Shown here: in pieces, positions 47,091 to 57,402 of the stretch
Layout of the letters: each line of letters opens with the position of its first letter
Numbering within the stretch: the first letter of the stretch is position 1
DNA from: a virus
Taxonomy: Duplodnaviria > Caudoviricetes
Direction: 5' to 3' (one strand)
IMG/VR virus record: IMGVR_UViG_3300035698_029580
DNA length: 64,000 nucleotides
Made by a program: the position numbers and the translations under genes
Notes under the pieces: generated by a model
Database searches by the model: none
Seen by the model: the letters and a program-made list of their open reading frames with translations, nothing else
Told to the model about the DNA's origin: nothing

Positions 47091-47564
47091 ATGGCTAATA
47101 ATACATCTAATGGTAATACGTCTAATGGTAATAATAATGCAAAAGCATTTGGGGGAATTATAGCTATAGTGGCAATAATTTCTGGTGTTTATGCTATGTT
47201 AGAACCTCAATCTCAACGAATTAATTATTTAACAAATGAAGTTTTTCAACTTCAATTAGAAGTGAAAACTCAGGCTGATCAAAGTCGTGATGAAGATGCT
47301 GAGTCCAGACAGGACAGAGCTTCACTAAGAGAAAAATTTAAAGGAATAGAAGGAGAATTAACAGCAATAAAAGAAATAAGAGATATAAGATATGATCATC
47401 TAGAGAAGACACAACATATTATTAATGAAAAAAGAGAAGAATGTAGAGTACACGAAGCGAAATTGGGGGCAGAATTAGAAGCATTACAAGAAAAAATGAA
47501 AGTTTTAGAAGAAATAATAAGGGATCATAATAACAAGAGGATTGATAGAAATAGAGAGGTATGA
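47091..47564 (+). CDS. single-TM coiled-coil protein
   Basis: One hydrophobic helix followed by heptad-rich sequence. Confidence 0.6.
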   Translation: MANNTSNGNTSNGNNNAKAFGGIIAIVAIISGVYAMLEPQSQRINYLTNEVFQLQLEVKTQADQSRDEDAESRQDRASLREKFKGIEGELTAIKEIRDIRYDHLEKTQHIINEKREECRVHEAKLGAELEALQEKMKVLEEIIRDHNNKRIDRNREV

Positions 47565-47781
47565 TAGAAAATGGCTGGAGTTGTTTTGATCGCAGGAGCT
47601 GGGATAAGTTATATATTAATTTATCACCCCAAATGGATAACCAATCACTGGAAACATTGGCTTTTTCCTTGGTTCTGTGACGATTAAATTTAGAATTAAC
47701 TACTTTAAGTTGATTTTTAACAAATGTTATTATTTGTATGGGGTGTTTATTTATAGAAATAACCCATATAAGGAGCTTTAA

Positions 47782-48804
47782 ATGCCGGTAGAGGCTGATA
47801 CAGTAAGAGCTACAACATATTTTGCTGGTTATTTTAGGCAAAATGATACTGGTATCTTAAAAATTAAAATTTCTAATTTTGATGGAAGTCCTGTAGATCC
47901 AGAATATATTGAAATTGCTATCTATGCCGAAAGTAACGTTTCAGCAGATCCCCTTTTCACCGGAATTCCTTTTCAAGTAGAAGATGGTTATTATGTTTAT
48001 AACTGGGAAGTTGCCGCTGACCAAGCAATAGGAGATTATACCATTGATTGGCATTATGTAATTGATGGTACTTCTAAACACGAATTTCAATATGTCACAG
48101 TTGTAGACAATTCTACAACAGATGCTTTCTATTCAACAAGAATGATGGCATGGAGAACTGCTCTAGATTTTCATTTAAGCTGTGCTCAAGCTATTCCTAT
48201 CTATTTTGAACAGTCTCGTCCTACTAGGGATAAACAAACTTATCAATTTACTTTTCCAAATTGGAACCAATCAACTTCTGTTAGAATATATAGAAATAAA
48301 GAAGTTGTTAATTCAGGAGTAGAAGTAGATTTCTTTAGAGGACAAATAACTTTTGATGATATATTGGCACAACAAGAAACAGTAAATGCAGATTATAATT
48401 TTAAATGGTTTTCTGAAGAAGAATTAGATAGATTTTTAGGAAATGCCCTTCAAACAGTTAATACATTTCCTCCTCATTCTGCCTACACATTAGAGAATAT
48501 TCCTGATAGATATATCCCTACTGTTTTATATGGTGCAGCTAAAGATGCCCTAAGACAATTGATGATGTGTTTACAATTTCAACAACCTCAACAAATATTT
48601 GGTGGTGCTGATAATGCCCAAAAAGCATTTTCTAATTTTGAAACTCTTAAAAAGAATTATGAAAATGATTGGGAAAAATTAGTTGATCAAAAGAAATTCG
48701 GTCCTTATACTGGATTAACAAGAGCAGTTGTCACTCCAGAATATACCCTTCCTGGGGGCAGAAGCCGTTGGTTTCGTTATTTGTTCGGAACTGGCGGCAG
48801 TTAA
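47782..48804 (+). CDS. virion neck/head-tail adaptor-like protein with an N-terminal beta-sandwich
   Basis: AAGGAG RBS; WFSEEELDRFL..AL..VN..PP helix pattern typical of adaptors; downstream of MCP. Confidence 0.5.
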   Translation: MPVEADTVRATTYFAGYFRQNDTGILKIKISNFDGSPVDPEYIEIAIYAESNVSADPLFTGIPFQVEDGYYVYNWEVAADQAIGDYTIDWHYVIDGTSKHEFQYVTVVDNSTTDAFYSTRMMAWRTALDFHLSCAQAIPIYFEQSRPTRDKQTYQFTFPNWNQSTSVRIYRNKEVVNSGVEVDFFRGQITFDDILAQQETVNADYNFKWFSEEELDRFLGNALQTVNTFPPHSAYTLENIPDRYIPTVLYGAAKDALRQLMMCLQFQQPQQIFGGADNAQKAFSNFETLKKNYENDWEKLVDQKKFGPYTGLTRAVVTPEYTLPGGRSRWFRYLFGTGGS

Positions 48805-48928
48805 ACTCTTCGTTTTTTTCTCAAAAACAAAGATTTTTCAAAATTTTTGATATTTTTCTAACCTTTTTTCTGTTATTGTGTCGATAAAGAATATATATAG
48901 GTATAATAACAAAATGAAAGGAAATACA

Positions 48929-51037
48929 ATGCCAAGAGCAGGTCAATGTTTATCAACGGAATCAATTGAACAGATAAAACTAAGTAAATTAAAAAGAATG
49001 CAAAAAAAATACAATTGGAGTCTAGTGGAACTATTTTTAGATGTGGAAATAAATAAAAGTTCAAGAAATAGACAATTAAAATTTATTACTTTAAGAGAAT
49101 TTAAAGAAATGATATTAGATGGAATTGGAATGACAGAAATTAAGAAAAAGGGTATTTCTAAGCATTTATTGCAGTTTTACAGTAGTTTTGCTCAGGGTAA
49201 AATAAACATTTCTAAAGAAAAATTTATAGAAGAATACGAAAAGGGCTTATCTCTTGAAGAAATAGCGTTAAAATATAACATATCAAAAGATAGTATTACT
49301 TTTTTGAGACAATTATATGAAGTTGGTTCTAAGGGAGCTACTTTTATTCATAGAAAAAACACTGAAACCCCCTTAACGTTACGTCAAAAGGAAATTTTAT
49401 ATGGTTCAATGATGGGAGATGCTAAAAAAGTAAGTTCTTCAGCCGCTGGTTTTGGTCATGGCGAAAAACAAAAAGATTATTTATTGTGGAAATATAAAGA
49501 ATTTGAAAACATAGCATCTAAACATTCTTTACAGGGTATTTCATATATAGACAAAAGGTCAGAATATGAAGGGAAAACATGGAGATTTTATACTCATGCC
49601 AATACTGATGTAGAAAAATGTATAATGGAATTCTATTGTAATGGAACAAAAGAAATTAGTCGTAATGTTCTAAATAATTTATCTCCCTTATCAATTGCGA
49701 TATGGTACCAGGATGATGGCAAAATTAGTTATGGACACGGTGGCATAGTTAGAAATAATTATAATATGACTCCTCAGATAACTTTTTGCACAGAGTCATT
49801 TTCCAAAGAAAGTTGTGAAGAAATAAAGAGATGGTTTAAAGAAGAATATAATATAAATGTTAGATTAAAAGAAATTCTTATTTCTAGTAAGGTTGGATAT
49901 AGGATTATAATATGCAGTGATAGTGCAAAGGATTTTATTGAGATGATAGATCCTTATATCTTGCCTATGTTTAAATATAAAATAAATTATGACAAATATT
50001 TAGAAAAGAGAAAAGAAAATGAAATAAAAATAATAATGGGAGATATAATAAATTGTCCTTTAGGAGTTGATTTTAATAATCTATCTTCTTTTGAACAAGA
50101 TAGATATATAGATAATATTGTAGAATATTTTCAATGCAAAGGAATATATTCACTTGTTGGAAGTCCCTCGGAATTACAAAATCATATGTCTTATGTTTTT
50201 AATTCTAATCCTGAAAATTTAATAAAAAACAAATCTATTGAGTTTTCAAATGTTGGAAATAAATTTTTAATGTCTCATTTTCCTAATTTTTGGAAGGGGA
50301 GAGCAAAAGGAAGTAAATCTCCTAAAGAAATTTTTGAAAATAAAAAATATTTATCAGAAATAATTAGGTCAATTATTATGAGAGGGGCATTTCCAAATGA
50401 AAATAAAATATTAAAAGGACTAAAAAAGTATAGAGGAAATAAAAGACTTAGTGGATTTATGCCATGTGTAGCAAAAGCTATTTATCACAAATATTGTGAA
50501 CCAAATTCTAAAGTACTTGATTTTTGTGCAGGATATGGAGGAAGGTTATTTGGAGCCATTGCCTGTGAAAAAGTGTTGTCATACAACGGTATTGAGGTTA
50601 ATTTTGAAACTTATATGAATTTGAGGGAATTGCACAAGAATTTAAGGATATTTGCCGATTGTAAAAAGGAGGTAAATATTTTTAACGGAGATGGAGTAAG
50701 TACAATGAAGATGTTTGCTGATAAGGCATTTGATTTTTGTTTTACATCACCTCCTTATTATGATGCCGAGGAGTATTCAGACGATGATACTCAAAGTTCT
50801 AATAAACACGATAGTTATAGTGAATGGTTTAATGAATTTTTAATTAAGTGCATTGACGAGGCTGTGAGAGTGAGTAAGAGAGTTGCTATTAACATAGCCA
50901 ATACAGGAGGTTATAAAATAGCAGATGACCTAGAAAGACATTTTAAACTGTTGGGAATTAAATATGATGTTGATTATTTAAGGGTACCTTATTATGGAAA
51001 GATAAAAAGGGAACCAATTTTTGTGATAAAGGATTAA
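48929..51037 (+). CDS. LAGLIDADG endonuclease-DNA amino-methyltransferase fusion
   Basis: ILYGSMMGDA and IAIWYQDDG (LAGLIDADG_2); VLDFCAGYGG (motif I) and FTSPPYY (motif IV). Confidence 0.8.
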   Translation: MPRAGQCLSTESIEQIKLSKLKRMQKKYNWSLVELFLDVEINKSSRNRQLKFITLREFKEMILDGIGMTEIKKKGISKHLLQFYSSFAQGKINISKEKFIEEYEKGLSLEEIALKYNISKDSITFLRQLYEVGSKGATFIHRKNTETPLTLRQKEILYGSMMGDAKKVSSSAAGFGHGEKQKDYLLWKYKEFENIASKHSLQGISYIDKRSEYEGKTWRFYTHANTDVEKCIMEFYCNGTKEISRNVLNNLSPLSIAIWYQDDGKISYGHGGIVRNNYNMTPQITFCTESFSKESCEEIKRWFKEEYNINVRLKEILISSKVGYRIIICSDSAKDFIEMIDPYILPMFKYKINYDKYLEKRKENEIKIIMGDIINCPLGVDFNNLSSFEQDRYIDNIVEYFQCKGIYSLVGSPSELQNHMSYVFNSNPENLIKNKSIEFSNVGNKFLMSHFPNFWKGRAKGSKSPKEIFENKKYLSEIIRSIIMRGAFPNENKILKGLKKYRGNKRLSGFMPCVAKAIYHKYCEPNSKVLDFCAGYGGRLFGAIACEKVLSYNGIEVNFETYMNLRELHKNLRIFADCKKEVNIFNGDGVSTMKMFADKAFDFCFTSPPYYDAEEYSDDDTQSSNKHDSYSEWFNEFLIKCIDEAVRVSKRVAINIANTGGYKIADDLERHFKLLGIKYDVDYLRVPYYGKIKREPIFVIKD

Positions 51038-51042
51038 TTTTA

Positions 51043-51321
51043 ATGTTTAAAAAAAAATTATCTCAAGAAGAAAAAGACAGGATATTAGACGATATAGAAA
51101 ATGACTCCAATTGCGTTGAACATTTACCTATAAAAGATATTAAAATGTTTAAAAAAGATTTATCTCAAGAAGAAAAAGACAAGATATTTGCTGAATTTGA
51201 TAATAATAATGTTATTCCTGAGAAACCTCCTAACGGTTGTTCTCAAGTAGAGATTGCAAGAAAATGTATTAAATTTAAGTTAGAACAAGAAAAAAATAAA
51301 AATTTAATCTTTTTAAAGTGA
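51043..51321 (+). CDS. hypothetical protein with an internal duplication
   Basis: MFKK.LSQEEKD occurs twice. Confidence 0.55.
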   Translation: MFKKKLSQEEKDRILDDIENDSNCVEHLPIKDIKMFKKDLSQEEKDKIFAEFDNNNVIPEKPPNGCSQVEIARKCIKFKLEQEKNKNLIFLK

Positions 51322-51386
51322 ACAAATTTTAATATAATGTAAAAATGAGCAAATTAAATTTTAGATAATATACAAATGGAGAGATT

Positions 51387-51848
51387 ATGAAAAATAGTAT
51401 CAAAATAAACAATAGAGGAGTAGAAGCAATGGAAGGGTGTATTTTTAATACAGGCGTCAAAATTAAGGCAATACTTGGATATGGTATCACCATGTTTGAT
51501 TGTAATTTAGATTTCGAAAGAGATAGTATTGACTTTTGTGATATTTGGGAAAAACTTTGGGATATCACAAAACAAAGTGAATTTATAGAATTTTGTGATT
51601 TGCAGGAAGTAATGGTTAGGGAGTGGAAAGAAGAGGATTGTACTCAAATGTGGTTGGTATTTAAACCTTATTATATTGAAACAACTAATTTGGAATTATT
51701 TGGACAAATGGAGATGGAAAAAGCAAATGTAATAAAAAAAATAGAAGAAGTTAAAAATAAATTATTTTTATTATTAGAAGAACAAACGGGTTGGAAAGCA
51801 TCTTATGATGATAGTCCTCAATGGGGATTACACTTACATTACAATTAA
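51387..51848 (+). CDS. hypothetical protein
   Basis: GGAG RBS within a repeated upstream cassette. Confidence 0.6.
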   Translation: MKNSIKINNRGVEAMEGCIFNTGVKIKAILGYGITMFDCNLDFERDSIDFCDIWEKLWDITKQSEFIEFCDLQEVMVREWKEEDCTQMWLVFKPYYIETTNLELFGQMEMEKANVIKKIEEVKNKLFLLLEEQTGWKASYDDSPQWGLHLHYN

Positions 51849-51885
51849 TTTTAAAAATTTTAGATAATGTACAGGTGGAGAGATT

Positions 51886-52374
51886 ATGAATTATCTTTCT
51901 TTTCAAATAGCCAATTATTTTATTAAGAAATCAAAAGATAATAATATTCTTATAACTCCGATGCAGATTATAAAGATGGTATATATAGCACATGGTTGGC
52001 ATCTTGCTGTATATGATACTCCTCTTTTTACTGAACCTATTGAAGCATGGAAATATGGACCAATCATTTTGTCTCTTTATTACAAACTTAAAAAGTATGG
52101 TAATTCACCTATAGAAGAATTTATTAGTTATGATGAATCTATTTCTGATTTAGAAGAAAAAACTATTTTAGTTTTAAATAATATATGGGAAGTATATCAT
52201 AAGCATTCTGGTATACAATTGTCCACTATAGCACATTCAAAAGGAACTCCCTGGGACACAGTAGTTTCTATATATGAGGAGAAGGGACGGGAAATACCTC
52301 GTGGGCTTATAATTCCCGATGATATTATAAAAAATTATTATATACAACAAGCCAAAGAAGCAGAAAATAATTAA
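51886..52374 (+). CDS. Panacea/SocA (DUF4065) antitoxin-like protein
   Basis: IANYFI, TPMQIIKMVY.AHGW, IEAWKYGP and H..GTPW motifs. Confidence 0.85.
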   Translation: MNYLSFQIANYFIKKSKDNNILITPMQIIKMVYIAHGWHLAVYDTPLFTEPIEAWKYGPIILSLYYKLKKYGNSPIEEFISYDESISDLEEKTILVLNNIWEVYHKHSGIQLSTIAHSKGTPWDTVVSIYEEKGREIPRGLIIPDDIIKNYYIQQAKEAENN

Positions 52375-52391
52375 TATTTTTCTAATTTTTT

Positions 52392-52427
52392 AAACCGCCA
52401 AGATATTCTTATTTTGGTGGTTTTTTT
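52392..52427 (+). terminator. intrinsic terminator
   Basis: AAACCGCCAAGATA..TATTTTGGTGGTTT hairpin followed by a T tract. Confidence 0.7.
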
Positions 52428-52513
52428 ATGTTTCCTTGTGAAACACGATATCTTATAATACACAGGAGTATATTTATGAATATTTTATTCATCAAATGAT
52501 ATAACTTCTTTAT

Positions 52514-52729
52514 TTGGCTGTACTTATGGAAAAAATTGAAATTAAGCCAATTTTTATAACTGAGGAAGATAAGAAATTTCTCGATGAATTTACCAAATCA
52601 CAGAGAATTTTCCAGCATTATATAAGTAATCTCTTTAGGTTGCCAGAAGAATTAATTACTGGTAAAAATAATTTTACGGAAAAAAAAGAAAAGTTAGCAA
52701 AGAACAGATTTGAATTGATGGATATATAA
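52514..52729 (+). CDS. small protein ending KNRFELMDI
   Basis: Shared C-terminal tag; start uncertain. Confidence 0.55.
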   Translation: MAVLMEKIEIKPIFITEEDKKFLDEFTKSQRIFQHYISNLFRLPEELITGKNNFTEKKEKLAKNRFELMDI

Positions 52730-52806
52730 GTTAAAATATTAAACAAAATTTTATTTTTATCACAATTATTAGTATATTTTTTGTGACACTATTTAAGGAA
52801 ATAAAA

Positions 52807-53265
52807 ATGAAGAAATTATATAAACCTTTTTTAACATATATTGTTTGGGGCATTATATTTATTATTTTTTTTATTCTTTTGTTATTTGTTCATAAATGTT
52901 TTGAAAGAGTAGTAGAATATGAAAATATAATGCAACCAATTGAATTTGAAGTATTAGAGACACATGAGGGCACAGAGGAAGGATTAGTATCAACATTCTT
53001 ACAAATAGAATTTCTTGATCAAATATTTTTAGAAGATGTTAAATTAACAAGTTCTGAGATTAGTTATTTTGAGAAAAATAAAAAATTTAATAGTAAACTG
53101 TCTTTCATGTTATTTAGAAAAGACAGAATTACAGATTTATTTTTATATATTAATACTAGATGTGTTCATAAAATAAAAATAGATTATAAGATGTCAAAAT
53201 ATTTAAGAAAAAAATGGGACGAAAAAAAGAAATTAAGTAGAAATATTTTTGTAGAAGATATTTAA
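52807..53265 (+). CDS. membrane-anchored protein, paralog of 54204
   Basis: TM helix; FLEDVKLTSSEI versus FLDDITLTPSEI. Confidence 0.6.
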   Translation: MKKLYKPFLTYIVWGIIFIIFFILLLFVHKCFERVVEYENIMQPIEFEVLETHEGTEEGLVSTFLQIEFLDQIFLEDVKLTSSEISYFEKNKKFNSKLSFMLFRKDRITDLFLYINTRCVHKIKIDYKMSKYLRKKWDEKKKLSRNIFVEDI

Positions 53266-53705
53266 TGAAAAATTATATTTTACAGACTAAAGAAAAGGGA
53301 TATTGTGGTTGTTATCTTATTGCTCTTTTAAATGCAAGAATTTATTATAATAATCCATTTATAACTTCTTTAGATGATCCTCGATGGGAAGAATTAGTTG
53401 ATAAATATCATTGTAGAAGTGGTTCGTGTTTAGTCAGAGAAGAAGCAAGAAAAGAGATAGGTATAGAGGCAGAAACTATAAGTAGAAAAGAAATACCTAA
53501 TCGTTTTCCTGTTTTGTTGACTTCTTTTACAAAAGTTGGTTTTCATTGTTCTTTACTTATTGATGTAGATAGATATAATTGGACAATTGTTAATTATGAT
53601 GGATATAAGGGAAAAACGGTAATGAGTGTTAATATTAGAAATATTGTTTTACCTCTTTTGGGAAGCATTTCGGATACTTATTATTTTTTAAGAGAAGAGA
53701 AATGA
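53265..53705 (+). CDS. putative papain-like (C39-type) peptidase
   Basis: LQ..GYCG..LIALLNA, FHCSLL and IVNYD suggest a Cys-His-Asn/Asp arrangement. Confidence 0.4.
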   Translation: MKNYILQTKEKGYCGCYLIALLNARIYYNNPFITSLDDPRWEELVDKYHCRSGSCLVREEARKEIGIEAETISRKEIPNRFPVLLTSFTKVGFHCSLLIDVDRYNWTIVNYDGYKGKTVMSVNIRNIVLPLLGSISDTYYFLREEK

Positions 53706-54187
53706 CGAAAAAACTTTCAAAATTTCACGAAAAGAACATTGTTAATGTGACATTAGACAATTATCAAAAGGTAATAAAATTAGTTCGTTTATCAATGGAT
53801 GGTTTACAGGCTGAAAATGCTGATTATTCATTTAGTGATATTAATTCATATTCTACTCGACTTTCTTATTTATATATAGAAAACGGAATACCAATAGGTG
53901 TAATTGGGTATTATTGGGATGACAGAGAAAAAAAAGTAGTTTGGCTTTCATATTTTGCTGTACACCCTGACAGGCAAAGAGAGGGGCTTGGAGAGTGGTT
54001 ATTAAATTATTTGGAAAAAATATTGAGAGATATAAATGTAAAGAAATTATTCGTAGAAACTTATGATGGACCATTTTATGAGAAGGCTGTTAATTTTTAC
54101 AAGAAAAACGGATTTGTTAAAAAGGGAAATTTACAAGACTATATGTCTGATAAATGGGACATATTATATTTTGGCAAAAAATTATAG
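53702..54187 (+). CDS. GNAT acetyltransferase
   Basis: FAVHPDRQREGLG and AVNFYKKNGF motifs. Confidence 0.88.
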   Translation: MTKKLSKFHEKNIVNVTLDNYQKVIKLVRLSMDGLQAENADYSFSDINSYSTRLSYLYIENGIPIGVIGYYWDDREKKVVWLSYFAVHPDRQREGLGEWLLNYLEKILRDINVKKLFVETYDGPFYEKAVNFYKKNGFVKKGNLQDYMSDKWDILYFGKKL

Positions 54188-54203
54188 TAGAAGGGATATT
54201 ATT

Positions 54204-54848
54204 ATGGCTGAGAAGCATTATTTTTTTGGAGATTTTTTTGTAGTTGGAGAAAATGCGTCACTGGCTATTGTTGTAATATTATATTTATCTTTTATTATTC
54301 TTGGTATTTTATTATTTGTGTCATCTTTTCATATCTATGACCCCCGACCTTTTAATGGTTTTGTTCCTGTTGATATGGAGATAATAGGAGCAAATGAAAA
54401 TAGTAGATCAATTAAATTTGATTTTTTTGGAGAGACATTTTTAGATGATATTACTTTAACTCCATCAGAGATTATAGTTTTAGATGGACAATCTGTATTA
54501 ACAGAAGATATTCAATACAGTGGAACCATTAAAAATATAAATCAAATTAGAGTTTTACCTTTATATTTGGGGGCAAGAAAGGTTAAAGAAATAAGAATAG
54601 ATAATGAAAATGCTAGAGAAAGAATAGGTAAAAATATTATAAATGTTGAATATAAAACATATAATTATATTATGACTCATAAATTATTAATTCTACTATC
54701 AACTATTTTTGTATTATCAGCGGGGATTTTATTAGTTCATAATTTATCTTATTATTATAAAAATCATAAAAACAAACCTAAAAAACCAGCTAAAAAAAGC
54801 ATGCTAGAAATGATGGAAGACAAATATAAAGAAAGGAACACATTGTAA
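54204..54848 (+). CDS. two-TM membrane protein ending SMLEMMEDKY
   Basis: Two hydrophobic helices; paralog of 52807. Confidence 0.6.
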   Translation: MAEKHYFFGDFFVVGENASLAIVVILYLSFIILGILLFVSSFHIYDPRPFNGFVPVDMEIIGANENSRSIKFDFFGETFLDDITLTPSEIIVLDGQSVLTEDIQYSGTIKNINQIRVLPLYLGARKVKEIRIDNENARERIGKNIINVEYKTYNYIMTHKLLILLSTIFVLSAGILLVHNLSYYYKNHKNKPKKPAKKSMLEMMEDKYKERNTL

Positions 54849-54939
54849 TGGCTGAAGAACATAGAATTTTTTATACCTTCTATAATAATTTTGGTAAGAT
54901 ATACCTAAAAAATCAGATAGAAAAAACATGTTAGAAATA

Positions 54940-56287
54940 GTCAATTACCTTCCCTATAAAGGGGAAGACTTGTAATTATCCAACTAGGTTAGACACTACA
55001 ATAGGCTGATTGACCACAGCCCTACTTAGGTAAGATATACTATCCAAGTATTTTGAGATTATATTACGAGAAGCATTTAAATCAGCATTGAGAGTAAAAT
55101 TACAATGTTTACATTTAAAAACAGATTGAGAAGAACGATTGGATTTTTTGATATGACCACATTTACTACATCTTTGGCTAGTGTATCTAGCATCAATATT
55201 TTCTACAAGAATTCCTTTAGAAGCAGCTTTATACCTAATAAACTGTTCCAATTGATAAAAATTCCATTTGTGAACCTGTTTTCGTTCTTTTTTCCTAAAA
55301 TTGCATCTGTTTCTGATACCTGTCAGATCTTCCAACAGGATTGTAGTTCCCTTCTCAATAGTATTTACAATCTGTTTAGAAATACAATGATTAATATCTG
55401 CTCTGAAGCGGTTCTCCTTTTTAGAAATCTTTTTAAGGTGTCTTTTGGCAGATTTTGTGTTAACAGATTGAAGTCTACTTCTCAGTTGTTCATATTTATT
55501 AGAAATTTGTTTAATCCTAGAACCTCCAAAAAATCTATTGTCAGAACAAACAGCAATTTTTTTAATTCCTCTATCAATTCCAAGATATTTTTTATTAGGA
55601 GTTGGGTCTTCTACTTCTTTTTTAAAGGAGATATGAATAAATACTTCGTTTTTAGCAATAAAAAGTTCAGCAGATTGTCTTTTCCAGGTGATGTATTGTT
55701 GGAAATATTTAGGGATAGATATGTTAAATTTTTGTCTACCGTCGAGAGTTTGAATAGAAATTTTGTTTTTATTAAACCAAGTAGTAAAAGTTTTATCGTT
55801 ATACCTAATAGAACAATTTTTAGATTGAGGACATCTAGGTATTTTTAATAATTTTTTAGGTTTATTAGAATGAGTTTGATTATATTTAGTGCGTTTGTTA
55901 TTTTCTATTTTTGTATTCTTTTTAAGTGTTCTCCAAGATTTAAGAGATTCAGTGGCCTTTACTCTGGCAGAGATGGCCAGATCAGCAGAAAGATATTTTC
56001 TAGTGGTTTTATAAGTTTTATGATGCAGGGATACTCCGTTGAAATCTTTAGAATCATAACCTGTTTGACAAACAAAGTTGTAAGCTTTAGTATATGCTTG
56101 AATGGTTGGTTCAAACATAGATTTAGGTTTATTAAGTTTAAGTTTTATAGTTCTTATAAGTTCCATATATACTATATATCGAATAATATAAGAAAAACCT
56201 TTAATAAAATTAAAAATATTTTTAAGAAAGGAGAAAAGGCAATTTTTCCTCTATCACAAGAATAGAGGTTCCCTTGCCTTTAATTTA
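54940..56287 (-). mobile_element. non-autonomous IS200/IS605 (tnpB-only) element
   Basis: Left-end hairpin 56237-56280; right-end hairpin ending TTGAC at 54940; removing it restores MLEI^MESKYS. Confidence 0.7.
54976..56166 (-). CDS. tnpB: RNA-guided endonuclease TnpB
   Basis: RTIKLKL, GIDRG, LEDL, YTSQRCSKC..CKHC and NADLNAS motifs. Confidence 0.92.
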   Translation of the reverse strand: MELIRTIKLKLNKPKSMFEPTIQAYTKAYNFVCQTGYDSKDFNGVSLHHKTYKTTRKYLSADLAISARVKATESLKSWRTLKKNTKIENNKRTKYNQTHSNKPKKLLKIPRCPQSKNCSIRYNDKTFTTWFNKNKISIQTLDGRQKFNISIPKYFQQYITWKRQSAELFIAKNEVFIHISFKKEVEDPTPNKKYLGIDRGIKKIAVCSDNRFFGGSRIKQISNKYEQLRSRLQSVNTKSAKRHLKKISKKENRFRADINHCISKQIVNTIEKGTTILLEDLTGIRNRCNFRKKERKQVHKWNFYQLEQFIRYKAASKGILVENIDARYTSQRCSKCGHIKKSNRSSQSVFKCKHCNFTLNADLNASRNIISKYLDSISYLSRAVVNQPIVVSNLVG

Positions 56288-56304
56288 ATGGAAAGCAAAT
56301 ATTC

Positions 56305-57396
56305 ATGAGTACTTTAATAGTAGAAATATGTAAAATTAAAGAAATTATTCCACACAAAAATGCTGATTTATTAGAAATAGCTATGGTAAAGGGTTGGGAA
56401 TGCATAGTTAAGAAAGATCAATTTAAAGTAGATGATAAGGTTGTTTATATTCCTCCTGATGCTATTTTACCTCAAGATTTAATAGATAAATTAGGGGTTG
56501 ATAATTATTTAGTAGGAAAGCAGCATAATAGAGTATCATGTACTCGTTTAAGGGGAGAGATGTCTTTTGGTTTAATTATTAATTGTGAAAATGAAGAATG
56601 GGAAGAAGGACAAGATGTAAGAGAAGATTATGGCATTATTAAATATGAACCTCCTATTAGAACACAAGCAGGAGACTCTGCTCCTGAAGATCCTTACTTT
56701 GAAAAATTCACTGATATTGAAAACATAAGAAACTTTTATTATTTATTTGAAGAGGGAGAAACAGTTGTAGTAACAGAAAAAATAGATGGGTCATCGGTTA
56801 GAACGAACTTTGGATTAGATAAAGAAAATACTGAAAATATAATTTATAAATCTGGTAGTCATAATGTTAACAGAAAAAGACCTTCGATTGAAGATATGGC
56901 TACAAATATATATTGGTATCCTTTTCATTTGGATTGTGTAAGAAATCTGTTAGGATACTTAAAAGATGGCTTAGGTTATAAAAGTGCCACACTATATGGG
57001 GAGATGCATGGACAGGTAAAGGGTGGATTAAAGTCAATGCATTATGGAAAAGAGGGCAAATTGGCTTATGTTGCTTTTGCTTTACAAATAGAGAGTAAGT
57101 ATTTAGACTATAGTGAATTTCGTAATTATTGTAAAATGTTTAGTGTACCTATGGTTCCTTTGGTAGGAATAGTTCCATTTAGCATAGATAGAATGAAGGA
57201 ATTATCTAAGGGAAAATCTATTTTGGCTGAGAGGAATGGATATGACCAAATTCGTGAGGGAATAGTAATATGTCCATATCACGAAAGAATTGAAGGGCAG
57301 AAAAGAGCTATTTTAAAGATGTTAAATAACGATTATTTATTAATGAAGTTAAAGAAAGAGAAAAAAGGCGAGATTGTAGATTACACTGATATGTGA
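56305..57396 (+). CDS. RNA ligase (Rnl2-like, DRB0094 family)
   Basis: N-terminal OB domain (H.NAD.LE..V.GW), TEKIDG, YGE, REGIV and ILK motifs. Confidence 0.88.
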   Translation: MSTLIVEICKIKEIIPHKNADLLEIAMVKGWECIVKKDQFKVDDKVVYIPPDAILPQDLIDKLGVDNYLVGKQHNRVSCTRLRGEMSFGLIINCENEEWEEGQDVREDYGIIKYEPPIRTQAGDSAPEDPYFEKFTDIENIRNFYYLFEEGETVVVTEKIDGSSVRTNFGLDKENTENIIYKSGSHNVNRKRPSIEDMATNIYWYPFHLDCVRNLLGYLKDGLGYKSATLYGEMHGQVKGGLKSMHYGKEGKLAYVAFALQIESKYLDYSEFRNYCKMFSVPMVPLVGIVPFSIDRMKELSKGKSILAERNGYDQIREGIVICPYHERIEGQKRAILKMLNNDYLLMKLKKEKKGEIVDYTDM

Positions 57397-57402
57397 GAAA
57401 AT

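Noticed and set aside
55105-56265. + strand ORFs of 247 and 131 aa
   Set aside because: Antisense to tnpB, with no motifs.
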